Source of the DNA: Vicinamibacterales bacterium
GTDB lineage: Bacteria > Acidobacteriota > Vicinamibacteria > Vicinamibacterales > UBA8438
Reading direction: 5' to 3'
DNA: 64,000 nucleotides
Assembly (NCBI GenBank): GCA_965242835.1
Contig: OZ251506.1
Coordinates: forward strand, 4,826,494-4,890,493
Made by a program: the position numbers and the translations under genes. Positions 34,966 to 43,029 of the stretch are shown piece by piece (the stretch's first letter is position 1; the number at the start of each line of letters is the position of its first letter). The notes under the pieces were generated by a model. That model was not told the origin of the DNA. It made no database searches and was given only the letters and a program-made list of their open reading frames with translations.

Positions 34966-34972
34966 ACGCCCC

Positions 34973-35626
34973 TTGCCCGGACGTTTCGTCTTTCTGGAGC
35001 TCACCGACCCGGAGGTCGCTTCGCTGTTGCGCCGCATGCAGTGGATCCTGTCCGGCGTGGAGCCGCGGCGGCCGGTTCACCTGACGTTGCGGGGACCGTA
35101 CCGGCGGGACGTCCCGCCCGGGGTTCTGAAGAACCTTCGCGCCGCGTTGCAGGGTGACGTGCTGCGCGTCGCCGGCGTCGGGCGATTCCGGAACCGCAAC
35201 GAGGAGGTCGTGTTTCTTCGCGTCGATAGTCCGAATCTTCGCAAGGTCTGGTGGAAGCCGAGCTATCCGATCAAGGATCACGGCTACGCGCCGCATATTT
35301 CGCTCTACCGGGGGGGCGACGCCCGGTTCGCCCGCCGCGCGGCCGATTTCCTGGAGCGCGAAGCGCTGGACCTGACCTGCGCCGAGTACGAATTGACCGT
35401 GCATCGGCGCGGGACGCTGCCGTTCGCGAATCCGGCGCGGGCGTTCCACTCCGCGGAACCGTCCGGCGGCCGCGGACGTTTCGATTCCCTGCTCGAACGC
35501 CTCGGCCGTTTCGTGGACGCCTACCGTGGTTCGCCGGCCGACGACGCCGCGGCGCGGGCCGGGCCGAAGGCGCAGGAGGACAAACGCCCGGCGCCGAGCC
35601 GCAAGGAGCCGGCAATCGTGCGCTGA
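34973..35626 (+). CDS. 2H phosphoesterase superfamily (LigT/cyclic phosphodiesterase-like) protein
   Basis: Two H-x-T/S-x motifs in strand context about 90 aa apart: 'PVHLTLRGPY' and 'APHISLYRGG'. The start is uncertain; TTG at 34973 is proposed, and the track ORF begins at 34781. Confidence 0.55.
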   Translation: MPGRFVFLELTDPEVASLLRRMQWILSGVEPRRPVHLTLRGPYRRDVPPGVLKNLRAALQGDVLRVAGVGRFRNRNEEVVFLRVDSPNLRKVWWKPSYPIKDHGYAPHISLYRGGDARFARRAADFLEREALDLTCAEYELTVHRRGTLPFANPARAFHSAEPSGGRGRFDSLLERLGRFVDAYRGSPADDAAARAGPKAQEDKRPAPSRKEPAIVR

Positions 35627-35832
35627 AGCCGGCAGCGACGGCAGGCCTTCGCCTGCCGGGATCCGGCCGGCGCCTCAGCCTTTGATCACGAACGATTATA
35701 CCCCGTGACGTTGTTCGATCGACTGTGACCGTCGCCCGGCGAAGCCGGGGACCAGACGTGATGTACACTGCGGTGGAGAGGCGCCGCGCGGCCCGACGAG
35801 CAGGGTCGATGCGGATCAGGAGGAGGCCGGCC

Positions 35833-36318
35833 ATGGTCAGCCCCGAGACGCGCGAAGCAATCTGGATCGCGATGATGCACAGCGCCCGGTGGGGACGGTA
35901 CTACGGCGCCCTCGCGAACCGGTATCGCCGGAAGGAGCGGGTCGTCCGCGCGGCGCTGCTCGCCTCCGTGATGGGCTCCGTCACGACGTTCGTCGCGGCG
36001 CTGCCGCCGCTCGTGCAGGCCGTTTTCGGCGTGCTGGTCGCCGGCGTGCTGATCGCGGACTTCGTCCTCCGGCCGGCGGAGAACGCTACGCTGCTCGGCC
36101 TGATCCGGGACGAATGCGACCAGTCGAAGGGTGCGCTGAAGGAGTTGTGGCTGGACGTCCCGTCCATCGACGACGCGGAGGCGCGGCGCCGCCTCGACGA
36201 ACTGAACCGGCGGCTGCACCACGTGACCTCGAAGGACCCGATACCGGAAGACGAGCGCGTGAACCTGGCGTCCACCGAGGCCGTGTACGAGGAAATGAAG
36301 GCGGGTTATGTCTCCTAG
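35833..36318 (+). CDS. SLATT-like two-transmembrane protein (putative membrane effector)
   Basis: ATG at 35833 with AGGAGG 6-7 nt upstream. N-terminal amphipathic helix 'REAIWIAMMHSARWGRYYGALANRYRRKERVVR'. Two TM helices 'AALLASVMGSVTTFVAAL' and 'AVFGVLVAGVLIADFVL'. C-terminal coiled helix. Confidence 0.5.
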   Translation: MVSPETREAIWIAMMHSARWGRYYGALANRYRRKERVVRAALLASVMGSVTTFVAALPPLVQAVFGVLVAGVLIADFVLRPAENATLLGLIRDECDQSKGALKELWLDVPSIDDAEARRRLDELNRRLHHVTSKDPIPEDERVNLASTEAVYEEMKAGYVS

Positions 36319-36403
36319 GAGTCTGCGCCGTAGAACGGCGCGGACTCCTGGAGCGGTCAGGTTGGGCGCCGAGCGGAGCCGCAAGGCGACGCTTGGTGGG
36401 CGC
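36318..36403 (+). repeat. REP/BIME-like element, copy B
   Basis: Hairpin at 36318-36348 plus module at 36372-36403. Fills the whole gap between two convergent stop codons (36316-36318 and 36403-36405). Confidence 0.9.
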
Positions 36404-37086
36404 TAACCGATGAACTTGTAGCCGACGCGGTGCACGGTGACGAGCCAGCGCGGGTCGGACGGGTTGTCCTCGATCTTCTGGCGCAGCTTGGCGATGTGCA
36501 TGTCGACGGTGCGGGTCAGCGGGGAGATCGCGTCGTGGCCCCAGACCGAGTCCAGCAACCGATCCCGGCTCACCACTTCGCCCCGGTGTTCGACGAAGTA
36601 CTCGAGCAGCCGGAACTCGCGCGGCAACAGCGGCAGGGACCGCCCGTGCCTGGTCGCTTCCCGGGTCTTGAAGTCCAGCACCACGCCGCCGAACTCGTGC
36701 GTGTGCGGCCGCTCCGCGAACCGCCTCGACCGGCGCAGCACCGCCTCGACCCGCGCCAGCAGCTCCATGAAGCTGAACGGCTTCGTGACGTAGTCGTCCG
36801 CGCCGGCCTTCAGACCGACCACCTTGTCGAGTTCCTCCCGCTTCGAGGTGAGCATCACGATCGGCACCTTGCTGCCCCGCGCCCGCAGACGCCGGCACAC
36901 GTCTATCCCGTTCACTTCCGGCAGCATGACGTCGAGCACGATCAGGTCGATCCCCTCCTGGCCGGCCAGACGCAGGGCCGCGGCGCCGTCCTGGGCGACC
37001 AGCGTCGTATGCCCCTCGTACTGCAGCCCCTCCGACAGCACCGTCGACAGCGACCGATCGTCCTCGACGATCAGGATTCTGCTCAC
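36403..37086 (-). CDS. OmpR/PhoB-family response regulator
   Basis: 'RILIVEDD...DLIVLDVMLPEVNG...GADDYVTKPF...TVHRVGYKF'. Confidence 0.9.
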   Translation of the reverse strand: MSRILIVEDDRSLSTVLSEGLQYEGHTTLVAQDGAAALRLAGQEGIDLIVLDVMLPEVNGIDVCRRLRARGSKVPIVMLTSKREELDKVVGLKAGADDYVTKPFSFMELLARVEAVLRRSRRFAERPHTHEFGGVVLDFKTREATRHGRSLPLLPREFRLLEYFVEHRGEVVSRDRLLDSVWGHDAISPLTRTVDMHIAKLRQKIEDNPSDPRWLVTVHRVGYKFIG

Positions 37087-37156
37087 GGCGCCCTCCCCGG
37101 CCGCGGCCGGCGCGCGGCGCGGGTTCTCCCGCGCGAATCGGCGGCGGCCATGCCGC

Positions 37157-38836
37157 TCAAGCCTCTGCTCCGACCTTGAGTCCCACGCCCCCCACCGCGG
37201 CCGGGACGTCGGTTCCGCGCCCCTCCGCGGCCGGGACGAAGAGAGGAATCAGGACCGTGAAGGTAGTGCCGAATCCGGGCCGGCCGTCCACTTCGATGGT
37301 CCCGCCGTGGGCCTGCACCACGTGTCGCGCGATGGCGAGGCCCAGGCCGGTCCCTCCGACCTGCTCCTCGACCGCCTCCGCGGTCCTGTAGAACTGCTGG
37401 AAGATACGCTCCCGGTCGTCCGGGGCTATGCCGATCCCGAAGTCCTCCACGCTGACCGCGGCGCAGCCGCCGCGGACCGACAGGCCCACGCGGATGCGCC
37501 GCGACCGCCCCGAATACTTCATGGCGTTGTCCAGCAGGTTGACGAAGACCTGCGTCATCGCCTGCCCATCGACGCGCACGACGGGCGCCGCGCTCTCCGA
37601 ACAGTCCACCGAGATCGTGAACCCGTCCCTCTCCCGGCGGGCGTCGACCGTCCTGATGGCGACCCCGACGACGTCTTCGACCGCGACCTCCCGGCGGCAG
37701 TACTGCACCGTGGAGGACTCGATGCGCGCGAAGTCCAGCACGTTGTCGATGAGCTGCCGCAGGCGGTTGCTTTCGTGCTCGATGTGGCGGCCGTACTCCG
37801 CCACCTTCCGCGGCGACGTGACCCGCCCCCGGCGCAGGAACTCGCCGAACACCGCCAGCGACGCCAGCGGCGTCCGCAGCTCGTGGGAGGCGTTCGCCAG
37901 AAAGGCGCTCCGCATCCGCGACAGACGCTGCTCGCGGCTCGACGCGCGCCAGGTGAGCATCACGCCGCTGAGCACCGCGAACGACATCAGCGCCGTCAAC
38001 CACCAGGTCGTGGCCGCGTTGGATTGCAGGATCCGGGCCGCGGCCGTGTGGCGGCTGCGCGCCGACACCTCCCAGTCCCGGAACACGAAGTCGAAGCGGC
38101 CGGCCAGAACGTCGGCCTGCCCCGGTTCGTCATGGGTCGCCGTCACCACCCTCTCCTCGCCGTCCGTCACGCGGACGACCAGGTTGTCCCGCACGTCGTC
38201 GGGCAGCGACGCCAGGGCGCCGGCCAGCGCCCGCGGCAGGTACTCGCGCTCGAAGCGCTCGACGTCGACGACGAAGCCGGCGACGCCCACGACCTCGCCG
38301 CCCTGGTCGACCACGAACCTGTAGACGACCCGGGTGTCGGGGTCCAGTTCGTCCACGTAGGTCCCGTTCGGGTCCATGCGCAGGCGGTGGCGCGGCAGCG
38401 TGCTGGCCTGCAGGAGCGTGCTCACCCGCAGCACGACCGTCTCCACGCCGGCCTCCGGTTCGCCGGGGCTCGTCCCCGCGAGCGGATCGAAGTAATGCGC
38501 CTGGCACCAGCACTGGTCCAGCCGGACGGCGAACAGCAGGCGGGCCACCGACGCGTCCGTCGACCGAAAGTGCCGGTCCAGTTCCTCGAACCGTTTCGCG
38601 GCCAGGGCGTCCGCCGGCGCCGCCAGCACCTCACGCGCCGCGGTTTCGTACACCCGGCGCACGCCGCCGATCACCGTGTCGAGGTAGCCGGAGATCGTGG
38701 TCTGGTGGGCGACGACCTCGACCTCGGCCAGCCGCCGGCTCGACACGTACTGCAGAACGAGGATCGCGAGCAGCGGGACGACGACGATCGCCGCTTCCAG
38801 GCGGTACCGGCCGCGGAACTTCTCGAATCGACGCAT
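37157..38836 (-). CDS. Sensor histidine kinase with large periplasmic/sensor region
   Basis: H-box 'ASHELRTPLASL', 'DNAMKYS', 'EDFGIGI', 'GLGLAIARH'. N-terminal TM segment. Confidence 0.85.
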   Translation of the reverse strand: MRRFEKFRGRYRLEAAIVVVPLLAILVLQYVSSRRLAEVEVVAHQTTISGYLDTVIGGVRRVYETAAREVLAAPADALAAKRFEELDRHFRSTDASVARLLFAVRLDQCWCQAHYFDPLAGTSPGEPEAGVETVVLRVSTLLQASTLPRHRLRMDPNGTYVDELDPDTRVVYRFVVDQGGEVVGVAGFVVDVERFEREYLPRALAGALASLPDDVRDNLVVRVTDGEERVVTATHDEPGQADVLAGRFDFVFRDWEVSARSRHTAAARILQSNAATTWWLTALMSFAVLSGVMLTWRASSREQRLSRMRSAFLANASHELRTPLASLAVFGEFLRRGRVTSPRKVAEYGRHIEHESNRLRQLIDNVLDFARIESSTVQYCRREVAVEDVVGVAIRTVDARRERDGFTISVDCSESAAPVVRVDGQAMTQVFVNLLDNAMKYSGRSRRIRVGLSVRGGCAAVSVEDFGIGIAPDDRERIFQQFYRTAEAVEEQVGGTGLGLAIARHVVQAHGGTIEVDGRPGFGTTFTVLIPLFVPAAEGRGTDVPAAVGGVGLKVGAEA

Positions 38837-38869
38837 GGCGACCTCCCCGGTGTCAGCGCACCGTCATCC

Positions 38870-39646
38870 TCAGGAACGCCCGGCCGGCGAATGCCCGGCC
38901 GCCGCCGCGCTCCCGACCGGCGTCATCAGCACTCCGAGACCCTCGGCGTCGTCGGCCGCGAGGCGCCGCAGGTCCGTGATCACGATCCACCCCTTGTCGA
39001 CGCGAATCACGCCGTCGTCGCGAAGCTGCTTCAGGAGCCGGCTGAGATGCTCCGGGGAGACCGCGATCAGGCTGGCCAGTTCCCAGCGCTTCAGCGGCGA
39101 CAGCAGCCGAACGTCCCGGTCCCGGCCGTTCGGGTTCGTGACGGCCGCCAGCCGTCGAAGAACGCGCTCCAGCCGCTGCCGCGCGGTCTTGCCCCCCAGA
39201 TCCGCCATGTGATGGGACTGGCTGAGCACTTCGCGGCTGTGCATCCGGTGCACGTGCCACGACAGACCCGACTGCTCCTCCATCATCTCCAGGAACGCGT
39301 CGCGCGACAGGCGCCTCAGCGTGCAGGGGGTCACCGCGACCACGCTGGCCGGATGCGACCGCCCCGCGAGGACGAAGGCCGCGCCCAGCAGCCATCCGGG
39401 GCCTCGCAGCCCGAGGATCTGCTGGCGCCCGTTCCCGTCCATGCGCACGAGCTTCGCCAGACCCTCCTCGATGAAGAAGATGTCGCCGGGCTCGCCCCCC
39501 TGCTGAACCAGCACGGTTCCGACGGGATAGGACTGGGCGTCCGGCAGCAGCGACAGCCACGATTCCAGGCCGCGATCGTCCCGGGAATCGAGCGCCTCGA
39601 CGTCGTAGTAGTTGCGTACGCCGCATGTGTGGAGTGACATGCGCAT
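38870..39646 (-). CDS. Crp/Fnr-family transcriptional regulator
   Basis: cNMP-binding-like 'GEPGDIFFIEEGLAKL' and C-terminal HTH 'ASLIAVSPEHLSRLLKQLRDDGVI'. Confidence 0.8.
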   Translation of the reverse strand: MRMSLHTCGVRNYYDVEALDSRDDRGLESWLSLLPDAQSYPVGTVLVQQGGEPGDIFFIEEGLAKLVRMDGNGRQQILGLRGPGWLLGAAFVLAGRSHPASVVAVTPCTLRRLSRDAFLEMMEEQSGLSWHVHRMHSREVLSQSHHMADLGGKTARQRLERVLRRLAAVTNPNGRDRDVRLLSPLKRWELASLIAVSPEHLSRLLKQLRDDGVIRVDKGWIVITDLRRLAADDAEGLGVLMTPVGSAAAAGHSPAGRS

Positions 39647-39663
39647 GATGCTTGCTTGCCGCG

Positions 39664-39711
39664 CCTGTAAATGTCATCTCTGACACGTCAAAGTTGTCAT
39701 GGACCTGTAAA
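39664..39711. promoter_or_regulatory. AT-rich operator-like region with palindromes upstream of the Crp/Fnr gene
   Basis: TGTCA-TCTC-TGACA (39672-39685), TGAC-AC-GTCA (39681-39690), and duplicated CCTGTAAA (39664, 39704) and TGTCAT (39672, 39695) words. Confidence 0.4.
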
Positions 39712-39737
39712 AGAACGGCGCGTTCGCGGGCGGGAGG

Positions 39738-40376
39738 TTACGGCGCCGCGGCGGCCAGCGGCGCGAGGCAGCCGTTCCCGGGACCGGCGTCGAGCGGCCA
39801 CCAGCTCGCGAAATCGGCGTCGGAGGCGGCGAGGGGCGCCGCCAGCGGGAAAGGTTCCGGCGCGAACGCGCCGCTGCCGCCGGCCTCCGCGTGGCGGCGC
39901 GCGAGCGCGGCGCGAAAGCGGCCGGCCTCGGCCGCCTCGAAGAGCGCGTAGTAGAGCTGCCGCGTCGTGCCGGCGCCCTGCCGCCGTACGACGCCGATGC
40001 ACACCGGCTCGGGGACCGCCGCGGCCAACCCCGACTCCTCGGCCAGGTCCAGCACGTCGGACGGCGTCAGCACGCCGCCGAGCGCGTCGCGGTACTCGGC
40101 GTGCAGCACGACCGGCGCCGCCGATTCGGACGGCGACGTCAGCGACTCCATCGTGCGGTTGAAGATCTGCTGGAAGAGCTCGGCGCGAAGCCGGTCCGGG
40201 GGCAGCAGCACCAGCAGGCCGGCGCCCGGCTGTTGCGGGCCGCGAAGGGCCAGGGTCCACTCCGAGAGCAGCGCGGCGTCGACGACGTAGGGCTCGGCCA
40301 GGCTGCTCTGCACCGTCCGCCAGAACAGCCAGCCGAGCACCGCCAGCACGACGAGCGCGATGCCGGCCTTGCGCAT
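39738..40376 (-). CDS. Hypothetical membrane-anchored protein
   Basis: ATG at 40376 gives 'MRKAGIALVVLAVLGWLFW' (TM anchor). No recognisable domain. Confidence 0.5.
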   Translation of the reverse strand: MRKAGIALVVLAVLGWLFWRTVQSSLAEPYVVDAALLSEWTLALRGPQQPGAGLLVLLPPDRLRAELFQQIFNRTMESLTSPSESAAPVVLHAEYRDALGGVLTPSDVLDLAEESGLAAAVPEPVCIGVVRRQGAGTTRQLYYALFEAAEAGRFRAALARRHAEAGGSGAFAPEPFPLAAPLAASDADFASWWPLDAGPGNGCLAPLAAAAP

Positions 40377-40461
40377 CTCCCGGCGGCTGCCGCCCTCCTC
40401 CGCACGTGGCCGCCGAGGGTGACCGCTCACGCGGCCGGTCACCCTCGGCGGCGAGGCCCGA

Positions 40462-42615
40462 TCAATACGTGAGCCAGGTCCCCTTCAGGCCGGTCTGCCC
40501 GACGCCCGGCTTCGTCCAGTCGCAGACGCCGCCGGCGAACGTCTCGCGCAGCTCGGCCTCCTGCTCGGCCGTGAACGCCGCGCCGTAGTCGTCCACGTCG
40601 ATCGGCTTCAGCGCGCACTTGACGACGTCGCTGGCCACCGATGCGCCGGCCACCTCGCGCGGGGCCGGCGCCGACGGGTACAACCGCTCGCAACGGCCGG
40701 CGCCGCGCACCTGCTCCTCGACGACGCGGGCCGGATCGTCGTCCCGCGTCCAGCAGGCGTCGACGAGGTCGGCCGGCCTGGCGGCGGCCACCCGTTCGAT
40801 CCGCGGAGCGTCCCCGTCTTCGGCCTCGGCCAGATTCGCCAGCCAGCGGTCCATCTGCGCCAGCGCGCCCTGCAGCACCGGGCTGCCGCTGCTGTAGAGG
40901 CCGTGGCGATCGTCCTCGACCAGCATCACGTGGTTGTCGGCGCGCCCGTTCGCCTTGCGCAGCCGCTCGCGCATCGAGAACGAGTGGTAGCGGACGTGCA
41001 CGTCGCCGTTCTCCCGGTCGTCGCTGTAGGCGCGGTAGTCGATGATCGGCGTCCCGGACAGCCCGCCGCCGCCGCTGGTCAGCCGCCCCGTCTCGTAGGC
41101 CAGCCGCACCGCCTCCGGGTCGGCCACCGTCCGCTCCGCCTGGAAGCCGCCGTCCCGGTCGTAGCCGCCGATGCGGCGGTTGAGGTCGAGGAACTGGGCC
41201 GGGGTGATGACGCCGTCTTCGAGCGCCCGCAGGCCGTACTGCACGCCGACGTTGTCGAGCGGCCGGCGCGCGAAGCCGGTCTCGGCGTCGCGCCCGTAGA
41301 CGTTGACGTAGTGGCTGTAGACGTCGCAGCGGGCCCCGCCCGGATTGTCCTCCGGATGGTAGCGGAGCTCCTCCGGCAGCACGTCGGGGCAGAACTCGCC
41401 CACCCGGACCCGGCCGGCGTTGACCGACACGTTCGGCATCGTGGCCAGGTTCAGGAACCCGGCGACGGCCCGTTTCTGCTCCTCGGTGAACGGCACCGGC
41501 GTCTCCCGGAAGTAGCGGTCGAGCAGCCGCGCGTCGGTGACCATCGGGATCGTGCCGAAGCCGACGTCCGGAAAGCTGCAGCCGGGAATGATGCCGTCGA
41601 GCAGCCCCGGATAGTTGTCGGCGATCTGGTGGTTCTGGTACGACCCGCCGGAGCAGCCCCAGCCGATGGTGTAGCGCGGCGGGCCGTAGGCCTCGACGAA
41701 CCGCTCCTTGACCATCATCATCGTCTCGGCCGCGAGCAGGTCGTTGCAGTTGTTGCCGTAGACGTTCAGGGTCGCCGACGCCACCGCGTAGCCCCGGCGC
41801 AGCATGACGTCGTCGGTGACGCCGCCGGTGCTCGCGCCCTGGCGGTGCCAGCCGTTCACGCAGCCGCCGCCGAAGGTGTAGATCAGGCGGCGGTTCCAGC
41901 CCGGCGGCGGCGTCCACGGGTCCGGCTCCGGGTCGCCGGCCCCCGGCGCGTGCAGCATGGCGATCTGGTAGACGGCGCGGTTGACGACGCCGGTCTCGAT
42001 GCGCACGACGTACGGCGCCTCGGCCCCGGTCAGCGTCGTGGTGGCCGCCGCGTCCGGCGGCAGCGCCGACGCGTCGGCGAGCGGCTTCAGCGTCCCGTCC
42101 GCGGCGCGGTAGGCGTAATCGACGCGGCGGGCGGCCGAGCAGTTCTCGTCGAGAGGCGCGCCGAGCGTCTCGCCCGACGGCAGCTCGAAGGCGTCGGTCT
42201 CGCAGACGAACGGCTGCTCGTGCGGCCCCGAAAACACCGGACCCTCGAGCGGATGGTTGACGAGCTCGAGCGCCGCGCCGCCCTCGGCGCCGGCGACGGT
42301 CACGACGACCTCGCTCGCCCCGAGCGGCAGCCCGTCGACGAGGCCCGTCAGCCGGCGCGCCTCGGCGTCGGCGCGGAACGCCCCGGTGGCGTCGACGCCG
42401 TTGACCGCCACGCGCACGTCGGACGGCGCGACGTCCGCCGGGACGTCGATCCGCAGCAGCGCGTCGCCGCCGCTGACCATGTCCGGACGGCCCGACAGCA
42501 CCGTCACTTCGACCCCGCCGGCCGCCTGCGCGGCCCCCGTCACGACGCCCGCCGGCGTCCCGGCCGCCAGCAGGACGGCCGCCGCCGCGCTCCCGAGGAT
42601 TCTCTGCCTGCGCAT
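40462..42615 (-). CDS. Secreted alpha/beta-hydrolase-like protein (tannase/feruloyl-esterase-like 'GCSGG')
   Basis: ATG at 42615 gives 'MRRQRILGSAAAAVLLAAG' signal. 'YTIGWGCSGGSYQ' nucleophile-elbow-like motif. Confidence 0.5.
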   Translation of the reverse strand: MRRQRILGSAAAAVLLAAGTPAGVVTGAAQAAGGVEVTVLSGRPDMVSGGDALLRIDVPADVAPSDVRVAVNGVDATGAFRADAEARRLTGLVDGLPLGASEVVVTVAGAEGGAALELVNHPLEGPVFSGPHEQPFVCETDAFELPSGETLGAPLDENCSAARRVDYAYRAADGTLKPLADASALPPDAAATTTLTGAEAPYVVRIETGVVNRAVYQIAMLHAPGAGDPEPDPWTPPPGWNRRLIYTFGGGCVNGWHRQGASTGGVTDDVMLRRGYAVASATLNVYGNNCNDLLAAETMMMVKERFVEAYGPPRYTIGWGCSGGSYQNHQIADNYPGLLDGIIPGCSFPDVGFGTIPMVTDARLLDRYFRETPVPFTEEQKRAVAGFLNLATMPNVSVNAGRVRVGEFCPDVLPEELRYHPEDNPGGARCDVYSHYVNVYGRDAETGFARRPLDNVGVQYGLRALEDGVITPAQFLDLNRRIGGYDRDGGFQAERTVADPEAVRLAYETGRLTSGGGGLSGTPIIDYRAYSDDRENGDVHVRYHSFSMRERLRKANGRADNHVMLVEDDRHGLYSSGSPVLQGALAQMDRWLANLAEAEDGDAPRIERVAAARPADLVDACWTRDDDPARVVEEQVRGAGRCERLYPSAPAPREVAGASVASDVVKCALKPIDVDDYGAAFTAEQEAELRETFAGGVCDWTKPGVGQTGLKGTWLTY

Positions 42616-43029
42616 GGATCTGACTCCCTGGAACGGATTCGACCGCAAGACTACACCGAGGCGCCGGCCGAGGAGAAATCGAACGGCCGTCCGGACCGGC
42701 CGGCGCCCGCCCATCGTCGCCCGGCGGCTCCGCCCGGAGCCCGACCGGCCCTCTTCGGGAGTCCGCCGTCCCGCGGCGCGGACTCCCGCCCGCCGGCTCC
42801 CCGTGCTCCGTGCGCTCGGCGCGCACGTCGGCTCGCCGGTCTTCGGCCCCGAGGTCGGCGGCGTTTGCGCGGAAGAGCCGCACCCCCACGGGCGGGCCGC
42901 AAGTCGAGCAAAGCATGAACGGGATTTCAGATGAACTTAAGACGGCCTTCAGGCTTGGCGGCCGCCCGCGCCGCTAGCATGCCGTAGCAAGCGGGCGGAG
43001 ACGGCGCGGGATTGCCCTGCATGCCCTGC

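Larger units (their letters stand above)
22996..36403. mobile_element. Recombination-scarred accessory island (methyltransferase copies, recombinases, TA modules, two AT-richer cassettes)
   Basis: Contains intact and remnant tyrosine recombinase genes, pseudogenes, nested inverted repeats and AT-richer patches in a >70% GC background. The right edge is a REP element. No att sites or tRNA identified. Confidence 0.5.

Noticed and set aside
34781-34972. Upstream extension of the 2H phosphoesterase ORF
   Set aside because: It overlaps the small ORF 34729..34965 in another frame, and third-position GC does not discriminate between them. The first predicted strand of the 2H fold ('RFVFLEL') begins right after the TTG at 34973. 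Both options remain uncertain.
22996-36403. Prophage or integrative conjugative element
   Set aside because: No capsid, tail, terminase, portal, relaxase or type IV secretion genes, no flanking tRNA and no direct-repeat att sites that I could see. It is better described as a recombination-scarred defence/accessory island.
36824-39637. 937-aa plus-strand ORF over the response regulator, kinase and Crp region; similar cases are 55962..59423, 40439..42916, 7328..9484 and 57866..60115
   Set aside because: These are antisense to genes with clear H-box, receiver, propeller or CBS motifs. Their composition is dominated by R, P, G and A.
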